In this document: positions 18,729-28,419 of the stretch, in pieces
How the letters are laid out: the number at the start of each line of letters is the position of its first letter
How positions within the stretch are numbered: position 1 is the first letter of the stretch
Source of the DNA: Mycobacterium sp.
GTDB taxonomy: Bacteria; Actinomycetota; Actinomycetes; Mycobacteriales; Mycobacteriaceae
Direction: 5' to 3' (one strand)
NCBI GenBank assembly: GCA_046095365.1
Contig: JBJTJF010000077.1
Length of the DNA stretch: 64,000 bases
The notes under the pieces: model-generated
The model's input: only the letters and a program-made list of their open reading frames with translations
What the model was told of the DNA's origin: nothing
Databases searched by the model: none
Made by a program: the position numbers and the translations under genes

Positions 18729-20374
18729 CCGTGCGCGGCCTCGAACACCTCGCCCCCGACCACGGTGCCCCACACCGTGATGTCGCGGATGGCCATCGGG
18801 TCGACGTCGAGCGGCGAGTCGCCCAGCACGGCGAAATCTGCGAACTTGCCGGCCTCGATGGAGCCGATCTCGTGATCCATGTGGATCTGGAAGGCCCCGC
18901 CGATGGTGGCCGCGTACAGCGCCTCGTACGGCGTGATCCTCTCCTGCTCGCCGAGCACCCGGCCGCTGGGGGTCACCCTGTTGACGGCGCACCACATGGT
19001 CATCAGGTGCCCGATCGGTGTGACACCGGAATCGGAGTGGAACGACAGCGGGACGCCGTTGTCCAATGCGGTGCGGCAGGCCCACATCCCTCGGGTGCGC
19101 TCCGGTCCCATGGTCTGTTCGAAGTGCTGGTCGCCCCAGTACCAGATGTGATTGGTGAAGATGTTGGCGCAGATGCCAAGTCGTCCCATCCTGCGGTACT
19201 GCGCCGCGGTGGTGGTCTGCGAGTGCTGGACGACATGACGGTGGTCCAGCCACGCGTCGCCGCGCAGCACCTCCTCGACGGTGTCGACGAAGAGCTGCCC
19301 GGCGCCGTTGCCGTTGCAGTGGCAGTGCACGTTGAGCTTGCGGGCATGGAACGCCTTGACCGCGGCGAGCAGATCCTCCGGGGAGAACAGCAGCAGACCG
19401 TGGTCCTCACCGGTGTAGTAGCCCGGTTCCAGCATCACCGCGGTCCAGCCCTGGATGGAGCCGTCGGCGACCAGTTTGATGCCCGGTGCGCGAAGCTTGT
19501 CGGTCTCGATCTCACGCAGTTTGACCGCTGCGTCGGCGACGGCGTCGTAGTCCGCGGTGGTGCCGGGCATGGCGGGCAGGTTGTAGAGCACCATCCGGGC
19601 CGGGAAGGCGGCGTCGTTGACGGTGTCCTGCCACACCCTGACCTGCCCGGCGTCGATCAGCAGCATGCCGATCAACTCGGTGGACGTCGTCACGCCGGCG
19701 TTGCGGCACATCGCGGCGTGGATCTGGATCGGCCTCGGGCCCGTGCCGGCCGCCATCAGTTTCGCGAACGCGGACTTGGCCAGCATCATCGCCGGCGCTT
19801 CCTGAAGTTCGCCGTTGGGTTCGCCGTCGGAATCCCTGCCGATGCCCGGCGTCGGGCTGTCCCCGGTGATGCCCTCGGCCTCGAGCATCGCGGTGTTCAC
19901 CGTGGCCAGGTGGCCACTGGCGTGGCGCACGAAGATCGGCCGGGTGGTCGACACCTGGTCGAGTTCGCGTCTGGACAGCCGCGGCAGGTCCGGGAAGTAG
20001 ATCGGGTCGAAACCGTTGGCCACCAGCGGCTCGGACGGCGGCAGTGTGGCGTCCTCGGCCTTGAGCTGCGCGATCAGGTCGTCATAGCTGCGGATCGGGG
20101 TGGTGGTCCGGCCGTCGGACAGCGGGTAGGGGTGGTAGCCGACGTAGGGCATCATCTCGCTGGCGCTGTCGGCGGTGTGACCGTGGGCCTCGACGAACCC
20201 GGGAACCAGCACATGATCGGCGAACCGGTCGTCGACCCTCGCCTCACCCCAGGACTGGCATTCCTCCAGCGTGCCGGCGCAGATGATGCGCCCGTCTCGC
20301 ACGGCCACTGCCTGGGCTTGCGGGTTCGCGGGGTTCATCGTGACGACGTGGCGCGCCGTGAAGATCGTGTTCAC
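18725..20374 (-). CDS. YtcJ-like amidohydrolase (Amidohydro_3)
   Basis: AVAVRDGRI, VPGFVEAHGH, GIKLVADGSIQGWTA, FHSD, GSIEAGKFADFAVL, TVVGGEV. Confidence 0.9.
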   Translation of the reverse strand: MNTIFTARHVVTMNPANPQAQAVAVRDGRIICAGTLEECQSWGEARVDDRFADHVLVPGFVEAHGHTADSASEMMPYVGYHPYPLSDGRTTTPIRSYDDLIAQLKAEDATLPPSEPLVANGFDPIYFPDLPRLSRRELDQVSTTRPIFVRHASGHLATVNTAMLEAEGITGDSPTPGIGRDSDGEPNGELQEAPAMMLAKSAFAKLMAAGTGPRPIQIHAAMCRNAGVTTSTELIGMLLIDAGQVRVWQDTVNDAAFPARMVLYNLPAMPGTTADYDAVADAAVKLREIETDKLRAPGIKLVADGSIQGWTAVMLEPGYYTGEDHGLLLFSPEDLLAAVKAFHARKLNVHCHCNGNGAGQLFVDTVEEVLRGDAWLDHRHVVQHSQTTTAAQYRRMGRLGICANIFTNHIWYWGDQHFEQTMGPERTRGMWACRTALDNGVPLSFHSDSGVTPIGHLMTMWCAVNRVTPSGRVLGEQERITPYEALYAATIGGAFQIHMDHEIGSIEAGKFADFAVLGDSPLDVDPMAIRDITVWGTVVGGEVFEAAHG

Positions 20375-20433
20375 GAGAACTCAATCTAGGTCAGCGCCCG
20401 TCGCCGACGGCGGTTCTTAGCAAAGTGGGCGGG

Positions 20434-21564
20434 TCAGTCGTCCAGCGTGCGGGACAACCGCTCGGCGGCGTTGACGTAGTCCTCGATGAACTCCAGCACG
20501 ACATCGCGGGCGGGCTTGATCTTGTTCATCAGGCCCACGCCCTGACCGACCCAGTACGTCGAGAGCGCCTGCGCCCCGGGGTGGCCGCCCTCGGCGAGTT
20601 TGTCGATGCGCCGCAGCGCCGGTTCGGCGATCATCGCCTGCAGCGGCAGCGGCAGCGGCTGGCGGCCCTTCGGGTTGGGCGCCCAGGCGTCGGTCCAGTC
20701 CGAGCGCAGCTGACGCGACGGCTTGCCGGTGCGGCCCGCCGAGCGGACGGTGTCACGCGAGGACGCCGACAGCATCTTCTGCTTGGTGTAGGGCGCGGTC
20801 TCGGCCTCCTCCGTCGTCAACCACACCGACCCGGTCCACGCGCCCGCGGCTCCCATCGCCACGCACGCGGCCATCTGCCGGCCGGTCACGATGCCGCCCG
20901 CGGCCAGCACGGGCACGTCCTTGCCGCCGGGGATCGCGGCGATGGCGTCCAGCACCTCTGGAATCAGCACCAGGGTGGTCACCTCGCCGCAGTGGCCGCC
21001 GGCCTCGGTTCCCTGTACGACGATCAGGTCGACCCCGGCCTGGACCTGTTTGATCGCGTGCTCCTTGGCGCCGACGAGGGCGGCCACCGGGATGCCGCGC
21101 TCCTTGCCCGCCTCGATCATGTAGTCCGGCGGGACGCCGAGCGCATTGGCCATCAGCGCGATCGGATGGTTCAGTGCGACGTCGAGAAGGCCCTTTCCGG
21201 TGTCGCCGGACAGCGCGGAGCCGGCGACCCGCAACTCCTCGACCTCGATGTCGTGGGCGGCCAACAGCTCGTTGATGAAGACGCGGTACTCATCCGGGAT
21301 GCGCTCGGCGAGCTGGTCGCGGGTGAGGTTCTCGCCCTTGCCCTCGTACTTGGCCGGCACGATGATGTCGACGCCGTAGGGCTTGCCGCCCACGTGGTCG
21401 TCGATCCAGGTCAGCTCCTGCTCGAGCTGGTCGGGCCGGAAGGCGACGCCGCCGAGGACGCCGAACCCGCCGGCGTTGGTGACAGCGGCGACGACGTCGC
21501 GGCAGTGGCTGAAGGCGAACAACGGGAACTCGATGCCGAACCGGTCGCAGATCTCTGTCTTCAC
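20434..21564 (-). CDS. Nitronate monooxygenase family flavoprotein
   Basis: GTG 21564: KTEICDRFGIEFPLFAFSHCRDVVAAVTNAGGFG, QGTEAGGHCG, AAGGI, GSVWLTTEE. Confidence 0.88.
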   Translation of the reverse strand: MKTEICDRFGIEFPLFAFSHCRDVVAAVTNAGGFGVLGGVAFRPDQLEQELTWIDDHVGGKPYGVDIIVPAKYEGKGENLTRDQLAERIPDEYRVFINELLAAHDIEVEELRVAGSALSGDTGKGLLDVALNHPIALMANALGVPPDYMIEAGKERGIPVAALVGAKEHAIKQVQAGVDLIVVQGTEAGGHCGEVTTLVLIPEVLDAIAAIPGGKDVPVLAAGGIVTGRQMAACVAMGAAGAWTGSVWLTTEEAETAPYTKQKMLSASSRDTVRSAGRTGKPSRQLRSDWTDAWAPNPKGRQPLPLPLQAMIAEPALRRIDKLAEGGHPGAQALSTYWVGQGVGLMNKIKPARDVVLEFIEDYVNAAERLSRTLDD

Positions 21565-21607
21565 CAGCCCAGTATGCGCGGGCGCGGAAAGTGGTTGACT
21601 CTGGCCT

Positions 21608-22267
21608 GTGATGCTGCGGACGCGGATCGGCGCCGAAGGGCCCGTCGCGCTGCGGGTGGGGACCGCCGGACTGGCCGGCGGAGCGATGGCGCTGGTGACC
21701 GGGGTCAACTCCCGCCTCGCCTACGCCTCGGCGGTCGGCTGGATCACCGCGGCGGTCGTGTACCTGGTGTGGACCTGGGTCGTGATCTTCCCGATGGATG
21801 CGGCGGCTACCCGGGACCACGCCCTCTTCCACGAACGCGACGGCAGCCGTCACGTCGCGCACGTGATCGTGGTGACCGCCAGCCTGGCCAGCCTGGCCGG
21901 CGTCGGCTACCTGCTCTACGCGACGTCCGGGCCGAAACCCGACGTGGCCGCCGGGGTGGTCGGGGTGCTCAGCGTGTTCGCGTCCTGGTTCACCATCCAC
22001 ACCGTCTATGCGCTGCGGTACGCGCGGCTGTACTACTCCGCGCCCGATCCCGGCGACCCGGGGATCGACTTCGCCGGGGATGAGCCCGGCTATCTCGACT
22101 TCGCCTACATCGCGTTCACCGTCGGCATGTGCTTCTCGGTCTCCGACAACGGCGTGAAGGGCCGCCGGTTGCGGCTGACCGTGTTGTCCCAGGCCCTGGT
22201 GTCCTACCTGCTCGGCACCGTCATCATCGCGATCACGCTCAACCTGGTGGGCGGGCTGACCGGCTGA
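21608..22267 (+). CDS. DUF1345 family membrane protein
   Basis: [39 protein letters not shown] signature. Confidence 0.85.
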   Translation: MMLRTRIGAEGPVALRVGTAGLAGGAMALVTGVNSRLAYASAVGWITAAVVYLVWTWVVIFPMDAAATRDHALFHERDGSRHVAHVIVVTASLASLAGVGYLLYATSGPKPDVAAGVVGVLSVFASWFTIHTVYALRYARLYYSAPDPGDPGIDFAGDEPGYLDFAYIAFTVGMCFSVSDNGVKGRRLRLTVLSQALVSYLLGTVIIAITLNLVGGLTG

Positions 22268-22290
22268 GCGGCCATGCGACGATTACCCGC

Positions 22291-23163
22291 ATGGCAACCG
22301 TCGCGCAGTGGATCGAGGGTGCCCGTCCCCGCACGCTTCCCAACGCGGTCGCCCCGGTGATCGCGGGCACCGGCGCGGCGGCCTGGCTGGGTGCGGCGGT
22401 CTGGTGGAAAGCATTACTGGCACTTGCTGTTTCGCTGGCACTGATCGTCGGAGTCAACTACGCCAACGACTACTCCGACGGTATCCGCGGAACCGACGAC
22501 GAACGGGCGGGCCCGCTGCGGCTGGTGGGCTCGCGGCTGGCGGCCCCGCGGGCCGTCCTGGCGGCAGCCGTGGTGAGCCTGGGCATCGGGGCGGTGGCCG
22601 GGGTCGCATTGGCGATGCTCAGCGCCCCGTGGCTGGTCGCGGTCGGGGCGGCATGCATCGCCGGCGCCTGGCTCTACACCGGCGGATCGCGGCCTTACGG
22701 CTACGCCGGATTCGGCGAGGTCGCGGTGTTCGTGTTCTTCGGCCTGGTGGCGGTGCTGGGCACGCAGTACACCCAGGCGCTGCGGGTGGACTGGGTCGGC
22801 GCCGCGGCGGCGGTGGCGATCGGGGCGCTGTCGTCGGCGGTGCTGGTGGCCAACAACCTTCGCGATATCCCGACCGACCGAGTGGCCGGCAAGATGACCC
22901 TGGCCGTGCGCCTCGGGGATGCCCGGACAAGGCTGCTCTACCAGGGTCTGCTCGGAGTGGCCGCGGTGATGACCCTGGTGCTCACGCGGGCCACCCCGTG
23001 GTGCGCCCTGGGCCTCGTCGCGGCGCCGCTGGCGCTGCGGGCGGCCGGTCCGGTACGGGGCGGCGGCGGCGGCCGCGATCTCATCCCGGTGCTGCGCGAC
23101 ACCGGCCTGACCATGCTGCTGTGGTCGGTGGCGGTGGCGGGGGCGCTGGCGTTCGGGCGCTGA
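22291..23163 (+). CDS. menA: DHNA polyprenyltransferase
   Basis: [44 protein letters not shown]. Confidence 0.96.
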   Translation: MATVAQWIEGARPRTLPNAVAPVIAGTGAAAWLGAAVWWKALLALAVSLALIVGVNYANDYSDGIRGTDDERAGPLRLVGSRLAAPRAVLAAAVVSLGIGAVAGVALAMLSAPWLVAVGAACIAGAWLYTGGSRPYGYAGFGEVAVFVFFGLVAVLGTQYTQALRVDWVGAAAAVAIGALSSAVLVANNLRDIPTDRVAGKMTLAVRLGDARTRLLYQGLLGVAAVMTLVLTRATPWCALGLVAAPLALRAAGPVRGGGGGRDLIPVLRDTGLTMLLWSVAVAGALAFGR

Positions 23164-23166
23164 GGG

Positions 23167-23829
23167 CTACCGGAGGCGTTCGGCGACGAACTGCGCCGCC
23201 TGGTCGACCATGCCGTTGTCCACATAGGAGAAGTGCGCCGAAAGGCTCAGCCCCGGAGAACAGAAAACGTCGCCGGGTGCGCACAGGTCGATCGACTTGG
23301 GGCCGTAGAGGGTGCTCATCTCGGTCAGCGGTCCGGCTCCGGGGATCTTGCGCATCGGGTTTCCGAACACCGCCACCGCGGCGACGTGATCGGCCAGTCG
23401 CGGCGGCATCGGCGTCGGGGTGTACCGCCCGACCGGACCCGGGTTCACCGTGATGAGGTCGATCACACCCGCGCCCTGTGAAATACCGCCGAGCACCAGG
23501 CGGGTGGCCGGACAGGTGTCGGCCATCCACTGCACCCGGGCGGCCGCGTCGGCCGCTCCGATCGCGGCCGACTTCTCGAATTCGAAGCTCGCCGGGTAGT
23601 TCACCCCGTAGGAGGCGACCGAGCGCCCGCCGGCCTTCGAGCGCACCGCGTCGACGAATGCCCCGCCGACATTCCCGACGCCGGGCGCGCCGACCGTGCC
23701 CCTGGCGAAGATGACTTCGACGTCGGGGCACGGATCAGCCGCCGCCACGTGCGCCCCGGGTCCTGCAGCCACGACCGCGGACGTCAGCGCAGCGGCGCCG
23801 ATGATGCCGGCGAGGCGCCGTCCGCGCAC
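23167..23829 (-). CDS. Secreted cutinase family protein
   Basis: Signal peptide, CPDVEVIFARGT, nucleophile GGISQGA, AVFGNP, CAPGDVFC, H in AHFSY. Confidence 0.9.
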   Translation of the reverse strand: MRGRRLAGIIGAAALTSAVVAAGPGAHVAAADPCPDVEVIFARGTVGAPGVGNVGGAFVDAVRSKAGGRSVASYGVNYPASFEFEKSAAIGAADAAARVQWMADTCPATRLVLGGISQGAGVIDLITVNPGPVGRYTPTPMPPRLADHVAAVAVFGNPMRKIPGAGPLTEMSTLYGPKSIDLCAPGDVFCSPGLSLSAHFSYVDNGMVDQAAQFVAERLR

Positions 23830-23869
23830 GCGGCAATCCTGGCACACCCGCCGCGGCCGCCGACCCGAA

Positions 23870-24181
23870 CTATTCGCCCCGGTTCTCCCCGCGCAGCCGG
23901 GACTGCAATTGCGCGCGGTCGAGGCGGCGGGATTCGTCGACCTCGGCGATGGCGGCGGTCGCGCGCCGGCGCAACGGGGCCAGCAGCCACATCCCAAGCG
24001 GCAGCGCGACCACGATCGCGAACAGCATGGCCACCACGAGCGGTATCTGGACCTTGATCAGGCTGCCGGCGAGGAAGATGGCGGCGGTCAGAGCGCCGAC
24101 CAGGATCAGCCGGGCGAGGGTGTAGACGGCGACGTCGCGAACCAGGCGCCCGCCCGCGCCGCCCGACTGTTCGTCCGCCAC
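23870..24181 (-). CDS. DUF4229 membrane protein (Rv0531-like)
   Basis: VYTLARL, two TM helices, LAPLRRRAT..LQSRLRGE. Confidence 0.85.
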   Translation of the reverse strand: MADEQSGGAGGRLVRDVAVYTLARLILVGALTAAIFLAGSLIKVQIPLVVAMLFAIVVALPLGMWLLAPLRRRATAAIAEVDESRRLDRAQLQSRLRGENRGE

Positions 24182-24230
24182 GCCGGGAAGCCTACCCACG
24201 CGCGTATATTCGCTTCTAAGGAGGTTGGTC

Positions 24231-24389
24231 GTGATCTACCTGGTGCTCATCCTCGTCGTCGCCGCGTTGGGGTACGTGGCCCTTCGAGCGGCGCGCGAGA
24301 AGGCCCGCCGGCCGACGACCCGCGTCATCGGACCCGACGACGACCCGGATTTCCTCTGGCGACTGGGCCACGGGGACAACAAGCCTTAG
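24231..24389 (+). CDS. Small single-pass membrane protein (Rv0530A-like, 52 aa), below the ORF-track cutoff
   Basis: AAGGAGG SD, then GTG IYLVLILVVAALGYVALRAAREKARRPTTRVIGPDDDPDFLWRLGHGDNKP. Confidence 0.85.
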   Translation: MIYLVLILVVAALGYVALRAAREKARRPTTRVIGPDDDPDFLWRLGHGDNKP

Positions 24390-24425
24390 CCGTCCGGGCT
24401 TGAGTTCGTCGAGGTCCTCGAGGCT

Positions 24426-25409
24426 TCAGTTCACTCCCGCGTAGGAGTGCAGGCCGACGGTGACCAGGTTGATGAAGAACAGGTTGAACACCATCGCGAC
24501 GAAACCGGCGACGTTGATCCAGGCGGCCTTCTTGTCGCGCCACCCCGCGGTGGACCGGGCGTGCAGGTACGCCGCGTAGATCACCCAGGCGACGAAGGAC
24601 ACCGTCTCCTTGGGATCCCAGCCCCAGTAGCGGCCCCAGGCCTCCTCGGCCCAGATGGCGCCGAAGATCACGCCGAATCCGAAGACCGGGAACCCGAAGA
24701 TGGTGGTGCGATAGGCGATCCGGTCCAGCGTCTGGGCATCCGGAAGCTTCGCGGTGATGCGCGCAAGTGCCCCGTCCTGCCCGGGTTGAGCGTATTTCGA
24801 CGTCTTCAGCAGGAACAGCATGCTGGCCACGCCGGCGACCAGGAACACACCCGAACCGAGGCTGACCACCGAGACGTGGATGGGAAGCCAGTAGGACTGC
24901 AGCGCGGGCATCACCGGCGCGGCGTTGGTGTAGAGCCACTTGCCGGAGATGGTCAGCAAGACGAGCACCGGAACCAGCACGAACACCCACAGCGTGCGGT
25001 ACTGGGGCTTGCGCAACACCACAGCCGCGGCGAGCAGGCCGCAGAAGCTGGTCAAGTTGATGAACTCGTACATGTTGCCCCACGGCACCCGCGCGGTGGC
25101 CAGTCCGCGCAGCACGATGCAGGCGAAGAGCAGCGCGATGCCGAGGTACACCAGCGCGAGTCCGGCCTTACCCGCGCGCTCGGACAGAGCCGGCCCGGAC
25201 GTGTCGGTGACGATGCCGGGCCGGTCGGCGCCGAGGGACATCGCCCCGGCGCCGGCGGCGACCAGTTCGCGGTCCTCGGCGCGGCGTCCCCGGCTGGAGG
25301 CGAGTTCGACGGCCAGCAGCATCATCGCCAGGACCAGGACGATCACCGACGCGGTGAACGCCCAGTCGGAATAGCGGGCCAGGGAGATGTCGATGTGCTC
25401 GGTATTCAT
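24426..25409 (-). CDS. ccsA: Cytochrome c biogenesis protein CcsA/ResC
   Basis: RVPWGNMYEF, WLPIHV, WWD motif WAEEAWGRYWGWDPKET, GLHSY. Confidence 0.96.
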   Translation of the reverse strand: MNTEHIDISLARYSDWAFTASVIVLVLAMMLLAVELASSRGRRAEDRELVAAGAGAMSLGADRPGIVTDTSGPALSERAGKAGLALVYLGIALLFACIVLRGLATARVPWGNMYEFINLTSFCGLLAAAVVLRKPQYRTLWVFVLVPVLVLLTISGKWLYTNAAPVMPALQSYWLPIHVSVVSLGSGVFLVAGVASMLFLLKTSKYAQPGQDGALARITAKLPDAQTLDRIAYRTTIFGFPVFGFGVIFGAIWAEEAWGRYWGWDPKETVSFVAWVIYAAYLHARSTAGWRDKKAAWINVAGFVAMVFNLFFINLVTVGLHSYAGVN

Positions 25410-25509
25410 GCGCGATCCGCCTCCGCTACTCGCTGAGCCTTCATGCGCGATCCGCCTCCGCTACTCGCTGAGCATTCATGCGCGATCCGCCTCCGCTACT
25501 CGCTGAGCA
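25405..25509 (-). repeat. 3 x 35-bp tandem repeat of the resB stop/ccsA start junction (MIRU-like)
   Basis: ttcatgcgcgatccgcctccgctactcgctgagc[c/a] at 25405, 25440 and 25475. Confidence 0.97.
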
Positions 25510-27059
25510 AGCCTCTCCAGCTCTTCACCCCAACCCGAGTTGTCGGTGCGGGCCAGGCCGCCGAGTTCGACTTTCACCGTACCCGGGCCGGATCCTATCC
25601 CCGGGTCGCTTCTCCCCTGCGCGCCCGACGCGGTGATGCGGGCCCACACCCGCCGACGCCGCACGACCAGGGACACCAGCAGCCCGGCCATCATGGTCAG
25701 CGCGGAAACCAGTACCCATACCTGCCCGGGATCGTGGGAGACCTGCAGGTTGACGAAGGGCGTGGCGCCGTCGAAGCGCACCGAGGTGCCGTCGTCGAGG
25801 ACGACCTGCTGGCCGGGGTCGAGGTTGACCCGCTTGAGCTTGATCAGACGCTTTTGCTCGATGAGCCGGTGATCGAGGGCGAACAGCGACTGCGGCCGTC
25901 CGGTGTCCAGCCCGGCGTCGCCGCGATAGATGTCGACGGCGACGGCGGGGTCGTTCATCGCCGGAAAGCTCGACGACAGCAGCTTGCCGTCCATCTGCTT
26001 GGTCGGAGCGAACAGTCCGGTGATCGCCAGCTGGTGCTTGCGCCGCTCGTCTCCGGTGTACATGCCCGCGGGCGGATCGAACCGGATGGTGCCCGAGGAC
26101 AGCAGGGTCTGCGGGTTGTCGGGACTGAACTGGACGGTCTGGGTGCGCTTCTGTCCGTCCGGGAAGGTCACGGTGAAGGTGGGTGCGTAGCCGTGTCCCT
26201 GCAGATACACCCGATCGCCCCCGACCCGCAGCGGGTGGTTGACCTCAAGCCGGTACGGCCGCCAAGTCCCGGTGGTCAGGTCCTCGCCGGCCTGGTAGTC
26301 GATCTGGGCGGCGAATGAGGTGGCTTGCCCGCTGGGCAGGTACCGGGCCTGGAAGTCGTTGACCCGCATACAGATTGGGTAGAGCGAGGTGCCGTCAACC
26401 TTGTTGCCGGCCCGGAACGAGTCGAAGGCCGCCGGTGAGGCGGAGCAGAAGCCGGGTCCGCCGTTGGCGAGGACGATCACGTTGCCCTCGTATCCGAACA
26501 GCTTGCCGACGGCGACGGCGACCAGCAGACCCAGCAGCGAGAAGTGGAAGACGATGTTGCCGAACTCGCGCAGATAGCCCTTCTCGGCGGAGATCTCGGT
26601 GACCACGTCCCCCGTTCGGGTCATCCGCCGCCAGCCGCGCAACTGGCGATTGACGCGTTCAGCCGCCTGCCCGGGTGTGCCGTTGACCGTGGTCTCGAAG
26701 TGCCGGGGCAACCGGCTCAGGTTGCGCGGCGCCGGCACCGGCGCGGCCGTCAGACTGCGGATGTGTTCCACGGTGCGCGGCGTCAGGCAGCCCACCAGGG
26801 AGATGAACAGCAGCGCGTAGATGGCGGTGAACCAGAAGCTGGAGAAGACGTCGAAGAACTGCAGCCGGTCCAGCCATGGGCCGATGACCGGGTGCTGCTG
26901 CAGGTACTGCTGCACCTTGGACTCGTTGAGGCTGCGCTGGGGCAGCAGAGCGCCGGGGACGGCGGCGAGCGCGAGCAGGAACAACAGCACCAGGGCGGTG
27001 CCCATGGAGGTCAGCGCCCGCCACGGCCGGCGGACCCGGCCGGCCAGCAACCCGGTCAA
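25476..27059 (-). CDS. resB: Cytochrome c biogenesis protein ResB/Ccs1
   Basis: LTSMGTALVLLFLLALAAVPG, FDVFSSFWF, GNIVFHFSL, VNHPL, NLQVSHDPG. TTG start overlaps the ccdA TGA. Confidence 0.94.
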   Translation of the reverse strand: MTGLLAGRVRRPWRALTSMGTALVLLFLLALAAVPGALLPQRSLNESKVQQYLQQHPVIGPWLDRLQFFDVFSSFWFTAIYALLFISLVGCLTPRTVEHIRSLTAAPVPAPRNLSRLPRHFETTVNGTPGQAAERVNRQLRGWRRMTRTGDVVTEISAEKGYLREFGNIVFHFSLLGLLVAVAVGKLFGYEGNVIVLANGGPGFCSASPAAFDSFRAGNKVDGTSLYPICMRVNDFQARYLPSGQATSFAAQIDYQAGEDLTTGTWRPYRLEVNHPLRVGGDRVYLQGHGYAPTFTVTFPDGQKRTQTVQFSPDNPQTLLSSGTIRFDPPAGMYTGDERRKHQLAITGLFAPTKQMDGKLLSSSFPAMNDPAVAVDIYRGDAGLDTGRPQSLFALDHRLIEQKRLIKLKRVNLDPGQQVVLDDGTSVRFDGATPFVNLQVSHDPGQVWVLVSALTMMAGLLVSLVVRRRRVWARITASGAQGRSDPGIGSGPGTVKVELGGLARTDNSGWGEELERLAQRVAEADRA

Positions 27060-27823
27060 ATCGGCAACCTCACATCGCTGACGAAGGCGTCGCGAACCCA
27101 GGAGACGAAGTCGTTCCACACACCGGTCACCAGAGCCACGCCGACGGCGATCAGCAGCACGCCGCCGAACACCTGGATCGCGCGGCCGTGCCGGCGCAGC
27201 CAGCCGAAGGCCGACACCGCCCAGCCCGACCCGAGCGCGAGCAACACGAACGGGATGCCCAGCCCCAGGCAGTACGCGATCACCAGGGCCACACCGCGGG
27301 CCACACTGGCTCCGTCGGTCGCCGACGCCACGGCGATCACCCCGGTCAGGGTCGGCCCGAGGCACGGTGTCCAGCCCAGTCCGAAAACCGCTCCCAGCAG
27401 AGGAGCGCCGGCCAGGCCCGCCCACTGTCGGGGCGTGAACCGGGCCTGACGCTGCAACGCGGGAATGAAGCCGACGAAGACCAGGCCCATGATTATGGTC
27501 AGCACTCCGCCGATGCGCTGCAGCACAACCTGATTGGTGATCAGGGCGGTCGTCATTCCAAGGACGGCCACCGTGCCCAGCACGAAGACGGCGGTGAATC
27601 CGGCGACGAACAACACTGCCGAACCGGCCACCCGCCAGCGCCGCCGGGGTCCGGCGCCGTCCTGATCGGCCGGGCTGCCGACGACGGCGGCAAGGTAGGA
27701 CAGGTAGCCCGGAACCAACGGCACCACGCAGGGAGAGGCGAAGGAAATCAGCCCGGCCAGCACACAAAGGCCCAGGGCCGCGAAGAGTGGTCCGGCGGCA
27801 GCCGTCTCGGCCAGGCCGGTCAC
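27056..27823 (-). CDS. ccdA: Cytochrome c biogenesis protein CcdA (DsbD TM domain)
   Basis: GLISFASPCVVPLVPGYLSY, FGLGWTPCLGP, YCLGLGIPF. Confidence 0.95.
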   Translation of the reverse strand: MTGLAETAAAGPLFAALGLCVLAGLISFASPCVVPLVPGYLSYLAAVVGSPADQDGAGPRRRWRVAGSAVLFVAGFTAVFVLGTVAVLGMTTALITNQVVLQRIGGVLTIIMGLVFVGFIPALQRQARFTPRQWAGLAGAPLLGAVFGLGWTPCLGPTLTGVIAVASATDGASVARGVALVIAYCLGLGIPFVLLALGSGWAVSAFGWLRRHGRAIQVFGGVLLIAVGVALVTGVWNDFVSWVRDAFVSDVRLPI

Positions 27824-28419
27824 GGGAGTCTCGGTGCCGGCTCGGCGGAGAGCCGCTGCAGCAGGGGAATCAGGTCGTCGGCAAGCAACTCGCGCAGGAA
27901 GATCGCAGCGACCCGGTGCTGGCGGTCGAGGACCACCGTGGACGGGATGACGGTGGTGGGATATCGCCCGCCGAAGGCGATCATGGTGCGCATGGCCGGG
28001 TCGTAGATCGAGGGATAGCTGACGCGACGGTCTTTGACGAAGTCGCGTGGAGCGTCGATGTCGTTGTCCCGCACGTCGATTCCCAGAAAGGCCACGCCCT
28101 CGCCCCGGGTCGCGTCGTAGGCCCGCTGCAACTCCGAGACCTCGGCCCGGCACGGTCCGCACCACTGGCCCCAGATGTTGATCACCACCACCTGGCCGGC
28201 GAAGTCGTTGAGCGAGATGGTCCGGGCGGTGTCCATCAGATCCGGCCCGGCCAGTTCCCCGGGAGTGCCGCGGGCCTCCGGCGGGTCGTAGGTGATGTCG
28301 GTCCTGCCGCCCGGTGCGACGAACTCGAAGGTCCCGCCCTGGGCGACGGCATCATCACCGGTGGAGCATCCGGCCAGCAGAACCGCCGCCGCAGCCAGAG
28401 CAACCACCAGGCGTCTCAC
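27820..28419 (-). CDS. TlpA/ResA thioredoxin-like lipoprotein (Rv0526-like)
   Basis: Lipobox LLAGC, WGQWCGPCRAE, FLGIDVRD, PSTVVLD. Confidence 0.93.
   Translation of the reverse strand: MRRLVVALAAAAVLLAGCSTGDDAVAQGGTFEFVAPGGRTDITYDPPEARGTPGELAGPDLMDTARTISLNDFAGQVVVINIWGQWCGPCRAEVSELQRAYDATRGEGVAFLGIDVRDNDIDAPRDFVKDRRVSYPSIYDPAMRTMIAFGGRYPTTVIPSTVVLDRQHRVAAIFLRELLADDLIPLLQRLSAEPAPRLP

Noticed and set aside
25405-25509. 35-bp repeats as a CRISPR array
   Set aside because: The units are contiguous with no unique spacers, and there are no cas genes.
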